Assembly: GCA_963719165.1 (NCBI GenBank) | Contig: CAVRAV010000001.1 | Span: 2,065,954-2,129,953, forward strand | Reading direction: 5' to 3' | DNA from: an uncultured Actinomycetes bacterium | Lineage (GTDB): Bacteria > Actinomycetota > UBA4738 > HRBIN12 | DNA length: 64,000 bases | In this document: piece after piece, positions 1-8,426 of the stretch | Position numbering within the stretch: position 1 is the first letter of the stretch | Layout: every line of letters begins with the position of its first letter | Position numbers and translations under genes: made by a program | Notes under the pieces: model-generated | What the model saw: only the letters and a program-made list of their open reading frames with translations | Databases searched by the model: none | What the model was told of the DNA's origin: nothing

Positions 1-87
1 CCGCACCCCCCTTGCGACGCAACTTTGGTCACGCAGGTCGAGGCCCCACGCGATAGCGACCGGGTCGGCGAGCGTCGCACGCGTACG

Positions 88-1560
88 ATGCGCGCCATGG
101 CGGACCGGACGGCGGGCAACGCGCGCGATGCGCTGCGACATCCAGACTTCCGCCGGCTCCTCGGCACGCGGCTCGTGAGCCAGACCGCGGACGGGTTCCT
201 CCAGGCCGCCCTGGTCGCATCGATCGCCTTCTCTCCCGACCGCCAGACGACCCCAGCAGCGTTCGCCGCCGCCTCGGCGATCGTCATCGTGCCCTTCTCG
301 CTCATCGGACCCGTGGCCGGCGTCTTCATCGACCGGTGGTCGCGCCGGCGCATCTTGGTGGTGGCGCCCCTCCTGCGTGCCGCGCCCGTATTCCTGGTGC
401 TCCTCAGTCCTGACCGTCAGGCGGTGTTGTTCTATGCGGGGGCGTTGTGGGTGACCTCGGTGAATCGGTTCTTCCTGTCGACGGCCCAGGCGGTCGTGCC
501 GCGGCTCGTTCCCACCGAGGACCTCCTTGCGGCGAATTCCGCGGCCACGGTGGGTGGCACGGTTGCGCTGCTCGCCGGGGTGTTCACTGGTGGCCTCGCG
601 GCCGACGCTTGGGGCAACGGCGCCATCGTGGCGGCCGCGGCGATCGCTTGGGTGGCGACGTCCGCGCTGGCGGCGGGCATCCGCAGCGACCTCCGTCCCC
701 ACCTCCTGCCGGAGGCGCCGGAGCTCCTGCGTCACCAGCTGCGACGGCTAGGCGCCGAGTTCGCAGGGGGCATCCGCTGCATCGCCGGCACGCCGCGCGC
801 CCTGGGCCCCATCACATCGATCTCCGTCGACCAGATGGGCCAGGGCCTCGTGCTGGTCCTCGCCCTCGTGGTGTTCCGCCAGCGCTTCAACCAGGGCGTG
901 GGGTCGTTCTCGTGGCTGATCGGCGCCGGTGGCGTCGGGGTGTTCCTGGGCCTGATGACCGTGGGGAGGCTGGACCGTCGCCTGGCTCGGCCCGCGATCG
1001 TGGCGTGGTCGTTCGTGGCGGGCGGGCTCGCCGTCATGGGTGTTGCCCTGGTGTTGGATCGGACCACCGTCATGCTGGCGAGCTTCGCGGTTGGACTCAC
1101 CTTCGCTTGGAAAAAGGTGCCCGTAGACACGATGGTGCAGGAGGCGCTTCCCGACGGGATGCGAGGCCGCGTGTTCGCCGTGTACGACGTCACCTACAAC
1201 CTCGCACGGCTGTTCGCGGCCGTCCTCGCGATCTGGCTGCTCCCCTCGCTCGGCGTGCGCGGATCAGCGGCGTTCGTGGCGATCGTGTTCCTGCTGTGGG
1301 CACCCGTCCTGCCGTTCTGGTTGCGTCACGCCCCCGAGATCCGGCTTCGGTTCGGTCGCGGAGCATCGACCCCCAGCGCGATCCGTTGGGGTGGCGTGGA
1401 AGAACCGGTTCAGGTGCTGGCCTCCGAGCTGGCGCCGGGGCGAAGGCCTACGAGCTTCCGCTTGTCCCTCGCCGACGGGACCGTGGTCGACGTGAGCCGT
1501 ACGGGTCCGGGCGCCGATTGGCAGGTCGACCGCGAGCTCGGGGGGGAATCTGGTACTTAA
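88..1560 (+). CDS. MFS transporter (EntS/MFS_3-like exporter)
   Basis: The frame is open from the window edge (TTG at 25). The likely start is ATG 88 (MRAMADRTAGNARDALRHPDFRRLLGTRLVSQTADG), followed by about 12 hydrophobic segments and a ~80-aa soluble C-terminal tail. Start uncertain. Confidence 0.75.
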   Translation: MRAMADRTAGNARDALRHPDFRRLLGTRLVSQTADGFLQAALVASIAFSPDRQTTPAAFAAASAIVIVPFSLIGPVAGVFIDRWSRRRILVVAPLLRAAPVFLVLLSPDRQAVLFYAGALWVTSVNRFFLSTAQAVVPRLVPTEDLLAANSAATVGGTVALLAGVFTGGLAADAWGNGAIVAAAAIAWVATSALAAGIRSDLRPHLLPEAPELLRHQLRRLGAEFAGGIRCIAGTPRALGPITSISVDQMGQGLVLVLALVVFRQRFNQGVGSFSWLIGAGGVGVFLGLMTVGRLDRRLARPAIVAWSFVAGGLAVMGVALVLDRTTVMLASFAVGLTFAWKKVPVDTMVQEALPDGMRGRVFAVYDVTYNLARLFAAVLAIWLLPSLGVRGSAAFVAIVFLLWAPVLPFWLRHAPEIRLRFGRGASTPSAIRWGGVEEPVQVLASELAPGRRPTSFRLSLADGTVVDVSRTGPGADWQVDRELGGESGT

Positions 1561-1842
1561 TACGTAGTCCTACTTACTTAGCTCATGGTAGCTAGTTTTG
1601 ATGCGTCGCAGGTATCGACCCGCGCGGCGAAAACGAGCATCCTGTCCTCCTTATCGAACGATCCGCAAGCAGGAGGGCATTCATGGTCGAACCGAGCACC
1701 CCAAGGTACGACTCGAAACGCCGCGGATAACTCCGCAGGCAAGGAGCGTCCGGGTCATCGATCGGAGGGAGCGGAACCTCCTAAGGATCGCCCGGTCGGC
1801 GTCGGACTACTGAAGACCGACGCACCTCGGATACCCGACGCC

Positions 1843-1912
1843 GGGCGGTGGCGAGCACCTTTCCCCCTCCCCGTGCGCGATGACGGTTCCCCTCGGTCCC
1901 GTCACCGCCGCC
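1843..1912 (+). ncRNA. Candidate 6C-type small RNA (two hairpins with C-rich loops)
   Basis: An outer helix pairs GGCGGTG (1844-1850) with CACCGCC (1903-1909). It encloses hairpin 1 (1852-1858 with 1873-1879, loop CTTTCCCCCTCCCC) and a weaker hairpin 2 (1883-1886 with 1899-1902, loop TTCCCCTCGGTC). It lies in a gap between convergent genes. No clear promoter or terminator was seen. Confidence 0.25.
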
Positions 1913-1971
1913 GCCCGGCCCGCTCGGGTCGAACGAGCGCCGATGAGCGCCGGCCCGACCAGCGTCGAGCG

Positions 1972-3261
1972 CTAGTGCGCTGCGGCCGGAATCGGTTTGC
2001 CGACCTGTTCCGCGGCCCCCGGGGCCACGGGACGATCCGCAGTCCGGCGCCGCTGCCAGAGCACGCCGAGGCCCATCGCCAATGCGGCCACTCCCCCGCC
2101 GATCAACCCCCAGCGCGGGTTCATCTCGCCGATCCAGCCCGCGATGGGTGACCCGATGGGCGTGGAGCCCAGGAACACGATGCCGTACAAGGCCATCACG
2201 CGACCCCGAGCCTGGGGCGCGGCGTTGAGCTGCAGCATGGTGTTGCCGGTGATCATGAACGCCATGACCGCGAACCCCACGAAGACCATCGCGATCAGGG
2301 CGACCGGGAGCACCGGGGCGATGCCGACCGCCACGAGGGCGAGACCCGAGGCCACGGAGAAGATCGCGAGCCGGTACATCGTCGGTCGCCGGGCACGGTT
2401 GGCGAGCGCGATGGCACTCAGGAACGAGCCCAATCCGGCCAACGCCGATAGGGCGCCGAACGTGCCCGCGTCGCCACCGAACGTTCGCTTGGCCAGCAGC
2501 GGCAGCAGCACGGCGAAGTTGAGCGAGAACGTGAAGACGACGGCCATCACGATGAGCGGGCGGCGCAGTTCCTGAGTTCGCCACGCATACCGCAACCCCG
2601 CCACGAGGTGACCCGTGGTGCGCGTGCTGCGAGGCTGGGCGTGGAATTCGGCCGGCCGCATCCGGGCCAGCGCCAGGATGACGGCCATGTAGGACAGGCC
2701 GTCGAGGAGGAAGGGCCACTGGATCCCGACCTTGGCGATGAGTGCTCCCGCCAACGCCGGCCCTAGGATGCGGGACCCCGTGAACGCCGCGCTGTTCAGA
2801 CTCACCGCGTTGGTGACCGCATCTTCGCCCACCATCTCGACGTAGAAACTCTGGCGGGCGGGGTTGTCGAGGGCGGTCACGACGCCCGCCGCCAACGACA
2901 GCGCATACACCATCCAGAGCTGCACGACGTCCGTGGCGACGAGCGAGAACAGCAGGAAGGCGATGACCGCGAACGCGCTCTGCGTCCAGATCAAGATCCG
3001 GCGCTTGTCATGCCGATCCGCGAGCACGCCCCCCCAGGCGCCCAGGATCAAGATCGGGAGGAAGAGCAATGCCACGTTCACGCCGAGCGCGACCCCGGAA
3101 CGCGTCAGCTGCAGGACGAGCCACGCGCTGGCCGTCGCGTTCACCCACGTCCCGGTGGCCGACACGAGCTGGCCGAACAGGTACAGGCGGAAGTTGCGCG
3201 ACGAGCGCAGCGAGAGGAAGGTCCGCTGCGCCGAGGCCAGGAACCGAGTGCGAGGACTCAT
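1972..3261 (-). CDS. MFS transporter (drug/metabolite exporter type)
   Basis: Taken from internal ATG 3261 of ORF 1972..3741 (MSPRTRFLASAQRTFLSLRSSRNFRLYLFGQLVSATGTW...). The product has 12-TM character. The start overlaps the marR stop by 4 nt (ATGA). The upstream part of the ORF is an Arg/Gly-rich shadow over marR. Confidence 0.8.
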   Translation of the reverse strand: MSPRTRFLASAQRTFLSLRSSRNFRLYLFGQLVSATGTWVNATASAWLVLQLTRSGVALGVNVALLFLPILILGAWGGVLADRHDKRRILIWTQSAFAVIAFLLFSLVATDVVQLWMVYALSLAAGVVTALDNPARQSFYVEMVGEDAVTNAVSLNSAAFTGSRILGPALAGALIAKVGIQWPFLLDGLSYMAVILALARMRPAEFHAQPRSTRTTGHLVAGLRYAWRTQELRRPLIVMAVVFTFSLNFAVLLPLLAKRTFGGDAGTFGALSALAGLGSFLSAIALANRARRPTMYRLAIFSVASGLALVAVGIAPVLPVALIAMVFVGFAVMAFMITGNTMLQLNAAPQARGRVMALYGIVFLGSTPIGSPIAGWIGEMNPRWGLIGGGVAALAMGLGVLWQRRRTADRPVAPGAAEQVGKPIPAAAH

Positions 3262-3725
3262 CGGACGTCCTCCTCGGTGAGCCGCTCCATGATCCGGGCG
3301 GCGTCCTCCAACGTCGCGAGCTCCTCCGAGCTGAGCCGCTTCATCCGCCTCGCGAGGTAGGCCGTGTGCCTCGTGCGCACCCGCTGGAGCGCCTTGCGTC
3401 CGGCCGGCGCGATCTGTATCCACGCCACGCGACGATCCAGCGGATCCGCGGTGCGCTCGATGAGCCCACGATCGATCAGCGACGCGATCACCCGCGTGCA
3501 CGTGGGCTTGCGGATCTGTTCGTGGGCCGCGAGGGAGCCGGCCGTCATCGGGCCGTGGCGCTCCACCGTCGAGAGCGCTGCCAAGAGGGTGGGCGAGGCG
3601 TCGGCATCCGCCTCGCGCCTGAGCTTCCGGGCGAGGCGGAACACCGAGAGACGGACCTGCGCAGCGAGGTCCGCCACATCGATCGACGTCGTGCTGGCGG
3701 GCATGCCTTCGATGATAGTACGCAC
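3258..3725 (-). CDS. MarR family transcriptional regulator
   Basis: Winged-helix pattern (LAALSTVERHGPMTAGSLAAHEQIRKPTCTRVIASLIDRGLIERTADPLDRRVAWIQIAPAGRKAL). It is coupled to the downstream MFS gene. The start is GTG 3725 or ATG 3704. Confidence 0.85.
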   Translation of the reverse strand: MRTIIEGMPASTTSIDVADLAAQVRLSVFRLARKLRREADADASPTLLAALSTVERHGPMTAGSLAAHEQIRKPTCTRVIASLIDRGLIERTADPLDRRVAWIQIAPAGRKALQRVRTRHTAYLARRMKRLSSEELATLEDAARIMERLTEEDVR

Positions 3726-3749
3726 TGCTAACTAGCGTCACGTACTATC
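3714..3749. promoter_or_regulatory. Candidate MarR operator (inverted repeat)
   Basis: Perfect 9-bp inverted repeat GATAGTACG (3714-3722) and CGTACTATC (3741-3749), separated by 18 nt, in a locally AT-richer patch at the marR 5-prime end. Confidence 0.45.
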
Positions 3750-3823
3750 TGCCGGACACGCGATCCGGTCCGGCGCTACGACGTGCGAAGCAACATCCGG
3801 AGCCACTCGGCGACGGCGAAGCG

Positions 3824-4396
3824 CTAGATGAAGAGGGAGACGGCGGCGTCGCGCATCTCGGCGATGGCCGTGGCGGCGCCGATCGGATCCTCGAGCCCGT
3901 CGATCAGGTCCTCGCGCTTGAGCCCCAGCAGGTCCATCGTCATCTGACACGGGATCAACCGCACGCCGAGCTCCTGCGCGGTGCGGATCAGTTCGGCCGG
4001 CCGGGCGACCCGACGATCGTCGGCGAGCTTCTTGAACATCGCGGGACCGGCGCCGGCGAGGTTGTAGTGCGAGAGCTTCGCCTTCTGCGCCGATCCAGGA
4101 TTCATGGCCGACATCATCTTCTGCATCCAGTTCTCACCCGTGATGCGGACGTCTGGGCGCACGATCGCGAACAGGCCCCAGAAGGTGAAGAACACCGTCG
4201 ACTCCATGCCGCTCGCGGCGGCCGTCGTGGCCAAGATGGTCGTGGGCCAGATCCTGTCGAGGTCGCCTCCCCAGGCGATCACCGTCATCTTGTTCTTCTG
4301 TTTGACCTCGCCGAGGCCGGCCGCCTCAAGTGCCTCGATGCGCGCGAGCAGCTCGGCGTAGGTGGGCGCGTCGATGCGCTCCTGCGCGATCGCCAT
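3824..4396 (-). CDS. DsrE/DsrF-like (DrsE_2) sulfur-relay family protein
   Basis: 190 aa. The N-terminal helix is followed by KMTVIAWGGDLDRIWPTTILATTAAASGMESTVFFTFWGL and the protein ends in IPCQMTMDLLG, typical of the DsrE-like family paired with TusA. It starts 1 nt after the tusA-like stop. Confidence 0.75.
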   Translation of the reverse strand: MAIAQERIDAPTYAELLARIEALEAAGLGEVKQKNKMTVIAWGGDLDRIWPTTILATTAAASGMESTVFFTFWGLFAIVRPDVRITGENWMQKMMSAMNPGSAQKAKLSHYNLAGAGPAMFKKLADDRRVARPAELIRTAQELGVRLIPCQMTMDLLGLKREDLIDGLEDPIGAATAIAEMRDAAVSLFI

Positions 4397-4397
4397 G

Positions 4398-4634
4398 TCA
4401 GGCCTTCCTGACGACGTAGCGGTACGAGCCGTCCTCGCGCTCGGCCGACTCGACCAGCTCGTTGCCGCTGATGCTCGCCCAGCTTGGCACGTCGGACGCG
4501 GACCCCGGGTCCGTGGCGAGCAGTTCGAACAGATCGCCGGATGCGGCGGTCTTCAGGGCCTTCGCGAGCGAAACGAGCGGGCCCGGACAGGACTGGCCCC
4601 GGGCATCGACGGTCGTGATGGTGGTGGTGGACAC
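4398..4634 (-). CDS. TusA/SirA-family sulfurtransferase
   Basis: 78 aa with the canonical DARGQSCPGPLV motif (CPxP active-site Cys). Confidence 0.85.
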   Translation of the reverse strand: MSTTTITTVDARGQSCPGPLVSLAKALKTAASGDLFELLATDPGSASDVPSWASISGNELVESAEREDGSYRYVVRKA

Positions 4635-4851
4635 GAGGAACCTCCGTACTCATTGCCGATCCGGACGAAAGACGAAGACGCGACCGGGCGGACGCGCGCG
4701 AGGGCGCTGCCCGCCGTCAGGATCGACAGCAGAGGCGGTCGGGGATCATGGCCCCCACGATGCCAGCTTCTCGTGTGCAGATCATTTGCAGGTGCAACAG
4801 CCTACCCGGGCATCGGCATTCCGGACAAGGGCCGTCAGGTCGAAAGCTTGC

Positions 4852-5691
4852 CTAGCCGGGAGCGGGCGTCGTGAGGCACCCCTGCGAGCGGCCCAGGAGC
4901 TTCAGTCCCTCCAGGTCGCCCGGCCCGAAGTTCGTGACGCCTCCGCCGGAGGGCTCCATCAGCTCTCCCCACTGCTTCACATGGCCCATCCCCATCACGT
5001 GCGCGAGCTCGTGCAGGACCACGAGACCCTGCTCACCGTAGGAGGCGAATCCTGGTGGGTTGGGATCGAGGACGTTGATGGCGGCCCAGCCGCTCACGTA
5101 GATCTCCTCCAGGCCGGTCCCCGGCAACTGGGGCGCGGCCACGCCCGCGGCGATCTCGCCGTCTTTATCGAACGGGATGTCCGTCTGCGAGGGCGCGACC
5201 CACGCGATCAACACCGGTGCCCACCGATCTCCGTAGCGCCCGGGCTGATAGGCGGGCCTGCCCTCGACGGGGATCTCAGCGGACAACCCGTCGAAGGCGA
5301 AGGGGATGCCGGTGGCCGCCGTCATCCGACGCACCGCCTCCTGGACGTCGTTCAGGGAGCCCTCCGGCGCGGCGCCGAGGTTCACCACGTAGTGGATCGG
5401 CTCGCAGGGGTTCCACCGCACGCCGCCGCCGTCGTGCTGCAGGATGAAGCTGTAGCGCGCCGTTCCGCTCGCTGCAGGATGAACCAGGTGGGGAACGATC
5501 GGGACGAGCGCGGCCGCCACGATCGCCGAGACCGTCAGCACCACCACGATCGCCCGGAGGCCACGCCGGCGGCGCGGTGGCGGCGCGGCAGGTGTCCACA
5601 GGCCCCCCGGCGGCGGCGGGAGCCAGACGTCGGGCCGTGGAGGAAGCGATCGCATGGAACGAGCGTACGGGGGACGCGGGGAAGACACCAT
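4852..5691 (-). CDS. Matrixin-like zinc metalloprotease, membrane anchored
   Basis: HELAHVMGMGH (HExxHxxGxxH) near the C-terminus, and an N-terminal TM segment (LRAIVVVLTVSAIVAAALVPIV). The start is ATG 5691 or 5655. The longer ORF reaching 6108 overlaps sodX and is rejected. Confidence 0.7.
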   Translation of the reverse strand: MVSSPRPPYARSMRSLPPRPDVWLPPPPGGLWTPAAPPPRRRRGLRAIVVVLTVSAIVAAALVPIVPHLVHPAASGTARYSFILQHDGGGVRWNPCEPIHYVVNLGAAPEGSLNDVQEAVRRMTAATGIPFAFDGLSAEIPVEGRPAYQPGRYGDRWAPVLIAWVAPSQTDIPFDKDGEIAAGVAAPQLPGTGLEEIYVSGWAAINVLDPNPPGFASYGEQGLVVLHELAHVMGMGHVKQWGELMEPSGGGVTNFGPGDLEGLKLLGRSQGCLTTPAPG

Positions 5692-5723
5692 GGGATGCGT
5701 ATCGGACGGATCCGCCCGTGGCG

Positions 5724-6215
5724 TTACCCGGTGCGGGTGAACACGACCGGGTGCCTGCCCACGCGGCGGCGCCGACGCTTGGGCCAGTAGATGAGCACGA
5801 CCTTCGCCTTGAGCGCGTCGCGACGCACGGGGCCGAACTGCCGTGAATCGGTCGAGGAAGGGTGGTCGCCCTCGACCCACCACTGCCCAGGGTCCAGGCT
5901 GCGATCGGCCACGGCGCCCCCGGGAGCCGCCACGATCCGTTTCACCATCTCGTAGCCCGGGCGATCCGGGTGCGCGACCACCACGACGTCGCCCACGCGG
6001 TACGAGCGAGGTTCGACCACGAGCGCCCAGTCGCCCGGCAGGAGCGTCGGCGTCATCGACGAACCCTCGATCGCGACGCGCCCCGGGTGGAACCGAAGGG
6101 CCGCCCACCCGAGCCCCGCGGCGGCGGCCGCGCCTGCGACGGCCGCCACGATCCGTTCCGGACGTCGGTGGTAGGTTGCGGATGAAGGCTCATCCGCCGA
6201 AGGAGGAGGTTCCAT
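5724..6215 (-). CDS. sodX: S26-family peptidase, nickel-SOD maturation protease type
   Basis: GSSMTPTLLPGD (Ser nucleophile) and MVKRIVAAPG (Lys) motifs. It is transcribed divergently from sodN. The start is ATG 6215 or 6233, and both overlap the sodN start. Confidence 0.75.
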   Translation of the reverse strand: MEPPPSADEPSSATYHRRPERIVAAVAGAAAAAGLGWAALRFHPGRVAIEGSSMTPTLLPGDWALVVEPRSYRVGDVVVVAHPDRPGYEMVKRIVAAPGGAVADRSLDPGQWWVEGDHPSSTDSRQFGPVRRDALKAKVVLIYWPKRRRRRVGRHPVVFTRTG

Positions 6216-6606
6216 GCTCGAAGCATTCCTCAAGCCGCGCCGTTCCGTCCACGCCCACTGCGACCTGCCGTGCGGCGTCTACGACCCGGCCCAGGCGCGT
6301 ATCGAAGCCGAGTCCGTGAAGGGCTGCCAGGAGAAGTACCAGGGCAACGAGGATCCGGTCTTCCGCGAGCGCGCGGTAGTCATCAAGGAAGAGCGCGCCA
6401 ACATGGTCAAGGAGCACCTCTGGGTGCTGTGGACCGACTACTTCAAGCCCGAGCACGTCGAGAAGTACCCCGACCTCCACGACAAGTTCTGGAAGGCGAC
6501 CAAGCTCGCCGGCGACGCCAAGAAGTCGATCGACCCCGCGCAGGGTCAGCAGCTGCTCGACGCGATCGACGACCTCGCGAAGATCTTCTGGGAGACCAAG
6601 TCCTAG
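6214..6606 (+). CDS. sodN: Nickel superoxide dismutase precursor
   Basis: A 14-aa leader (MLEAFLKPRRSVHA) is followed by the Ni-hook HCDLPCGVYDP. A strong AGGAGGAGG lies 5 nt upstream of the ATG. Confidence 0.95.
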   Translation: MLEAFLKPRRSVHAHCDLPCGVYDPAQARIEAESVKGCQEKYQGNEDPVFRERAVVIKEERANMVKEHLWVLWTDYFKPEHVEKYPDLHDKFWKATKLAGDAKKSIDPAQGQQLLDAIDDLAKIFWETKS

Positions 6607-6700
6607 CCCCCTGAGGAGCGCTCTCAGCCCACGGGTCCGGCACTGCCCGGGCTGAGGAGCGCCGGTTCGCCGGGCGAGGTCGCGCTCTTTGGGGAGGTGC

Positions 6701-6735
6701 CGGTGGGCCGGGGCCGTCGGATCCCCGGCCCACCG
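6701..6735 (+). terminator. GC-rich hairpin downstream of sodN
   Basis: A 13-bp perfect stem, CGGTGGGCCGGGG and CCCCGGCCCACCG, with a 9-nt loop. There is no U tract. Confidence 0.45.
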
Positions 6736-6977
6736 GACGTGCGCCGATCCCTCGACGCAGCTCCGCCGCCCGACGCGCGAGCGTGGACGACGAGGCCATC
6801 GAGCCAAGCGAGGTGGAGTGGGTCTGGCGGCACCCCACCCCGCCCGGTCTCCCCAGCTACATCGGCAACCACCGCTCGGGAGGCGCAGGGACCGAAGGGC
6901 GGTATCTGAGGTCCGAACGGTCGATGCGGCCTTCGGCCCAACGGTACTCGCACGCCTTCGGGTAGCCTCGGGGTCCC

Positions 6978-7958
6978 ATGAAGGACATCGGTCTCGTCGG
7001 CGTGCCGTTCTCCGGCAAGTCCACCCTGTTCACAGCGCTCACCCGGGCCGGCTCCCACGGCGGCCGGGCGAACGTGGCGGTCGTCCCCGTCCCCGATCCA
7101 CGGCTGCAGGTGCTCACCGACCTGGAGGGATCGCAGAAGACCGTGCCCGCGCAGGTGCGGTTCGTCGACGTTCCGGGCGGAACGTCGAGCGCGCAAGGCG
7201 TGGCGAAGCTCCGCGAGGTCGACGCGCTGGCCCTCGTGATCCGCTGTTTCGGCCCGGACCAGGCGCCGGCGTCCGAGCTGGCCGACGTGCGCGCCGACCT
7301 GCTCCTCGCCGACCTCGCCGTGATCGAGTCCGCGCTGGAGAAGGCCCAGAAGCGAGCCAAAGGCAGGGCGAACGACGAGGTGGCGGCGCTCGCAAGGGCG
7401 AAGTCCGCGCTGGACGCGGAACGGCCGCTGCGCGAGGCCGGCCTCGAGCCCCCCGAGGCCGAGATCCTCCGCGGGATCGCGCCCCTCACTGCGAAGCCCG
7501 AGCTCGTCGTGGCGAACCTCGAGGAGGGTTTGGAGGTACCGCTCGATATCGCCACCGAGGAGGCCGTGGCCGTCTACGCCTCCATCGAGGCCGAGACCGC
7601 AGAGATGGATCCCGACGAGGCCCGCGCACTGCTCGAGGAGTTCGGCGTGACCGAACCGGGCCTCGACCGCGTGATCCACGCGGGCTACCGAGCGCTCGAC
7701 CTCATCACCTTCCTCACCACGGGTGAGGACGAGACCCGCGCGTGGGAGGTGCGCCGCGGCGCGCACGCCCCCGAAGCAGCGGGCGTGATCCACACCGACC
7801 TGCAACGCGGATTCATCCGCGCGGAAGTGATCGGCTACGACGAGCTCGTCGCGCAGGGCTCGATGGAGCGTGCGAAGGCGGCCGGGAAGATCCGCGTGGA
7901 GGGCAAGGACTACCCCGTCGCTGAGGGCGACATCCTGCACGTTCGGTTCGCGGTTTGA
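6978..7958 (+). CDS. ychF: YchF-type ribosome-binding ATPase (short, divergent G2/G3)
   Basis: P-loop GVPFSGKST, an NLEE (NxxE) motif, and a C-terminal TGS-like end (AAGVIHTDLQRGFIRAEVIGYDELV...GKDYPVAEGDILHVRFAV). Confidence 0.85.
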   Translation: MKDIGLVGVPFSGKSTLFTALTRAGSHGGRANVAVVPVPDPRLQVLTDLEGSQKTVPAQVRFVDVPGGTSSAQGVAKLREVDALALVIRCFGPDQAPASELADVRADLLLADLAVIESALEKAQKRAKGRANDEVAALARAKSALDAERPLREAGLEPPEAEILRGIAPLTAKPELVVANLEEGLEVPLDIATEEAVAVYASIEAETAEMDPDEARALLEEFGVTEPGLDRVIHAGYRALDLITFLTTGEDETRAWEVRRGAHAPEAAGVIHTDLQRGFIRAEVIGYDELVAQGSMERAKAAGKIRVEGKDYPVAEGDILHVRFAV

Positions 7959-7983
7959 CCGCGGCGACCGTATCCTCGCGATC

Positions 7984-8376
7984 ATGGCGGAGACGTACCG
8001 GATCGGGGAGGCCGCGAAGACGCTGGGGGTCCGCGTGGAGACGCTCCGCCGCTGGGAGCGGGAAGGCAAGCTCACGGTTTCGCGGACAGAAGGCGGCCAA
8101 CGCGTCGTCGCGGCGGCGGAGGTCGCGCGCCTGCTCGCCGAACGCCAGGGGCGGCGGCCGATCGCGGCCGGGAGCGCTCGCAACCGCTTCCCCGGCGTCA
8201 TCACCGAGATCAAACGCGACACCCTCGGCGCCACGGTTGAGATCCAGGCCGGGCCGCATCGCGTCCTCGCGTTCATCACGCGCGAAGCCGTGGACCAACT
8301 GGGGCTCGAGGTCGGGGGCGAGGCCGTGGCGACGGTTAAGGCGACGAGCGTGATGGTGAACCTTCCGGAGGGTTAA
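7984..8376 (+). CDS. MerR/excisionase-type HTH plus TOBE (Mop) domain, putative molybdate-responsive regulator
   Basis: From ATG 7984. The N-terminal HTH is YRIGEAAKTLGVRVETLRRWEREGKL. The C-terminal TOBE-like segment is SARNRFPGVITEIKRDTLGATVEIQAG...VKATSVMV. It sits immediately upstream of modABC. Confidence 0.75.
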   Translation: MAETYRIGEAAKTLGVRVETLRRWEREGKLTVSRTEGGQRVVAAAEVARLLAERQGRRPIAAGSARNRFPGVITEIKRDTLGATVEIQAGPHRVLAFITREAVDQLGLEVGGEAVATVKATSVMVNLPEG

Positions 8377-8426
8377 CACCAGATTTCCCTTGTTATCATT
8401 CAGCGCTAACCTGTAACCTCAGCGGG

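Noticed and set aside
1561-1971. RNase P RNA, tmRNA or SRP RNA in the long convergent gap.
   Set aside because: AAGGAGCGTCCGGGTC loosely resembles the RNase P P4 strand GAGGAAAGTCCGG. However, there is no matching ACAGAACCCGGCTTA strand and no GGGGCTGA start or tRNA-like 3-prime end for tmRNA. There is also no GGAAGCAGC SRP domain IV motif on either strand.
3262-3741. N-terminal 160 codons of ORF 1972..3741 as part of the MFS transporter.
   Set aside because: This part overlaps marR in another frame and is Arg/Gly/His-rich. The MFS signature begins at internal ATG 3261, which forms an ATGA overlap with marR. The same reasoning trims ORFs 16692..18347, 18419..21430, 24178..25878, 30661..31821, 36919..38397 and 61613..63568.
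4842-4853. A 12-nt identity (GAAAGCTTGCCT) shared with 50378-50389.
   Set aside because: It is too short and has no flanking similarity, so it is most likely chance.
5592-5600. DnaA-box-like 9-mers inside coding regions (GTGTCCACA here, and GGTGGACAA at 42570-42578 in gyrB).
   Set aside because: These are single isolated matches within conserved coding sequence. The gyrB site encodes the VVDN motif, and there is no clustering.
6624-8279. A 551-aa minus-strand ORF spanning ychF and the TOBE regulator.
   Set aside because: It is antisense to two genes with clear family motifs. Its product is Arg/Gly/Pro/Ala-rich low complexity, typical of shadow ORFs in high-GC DNA.
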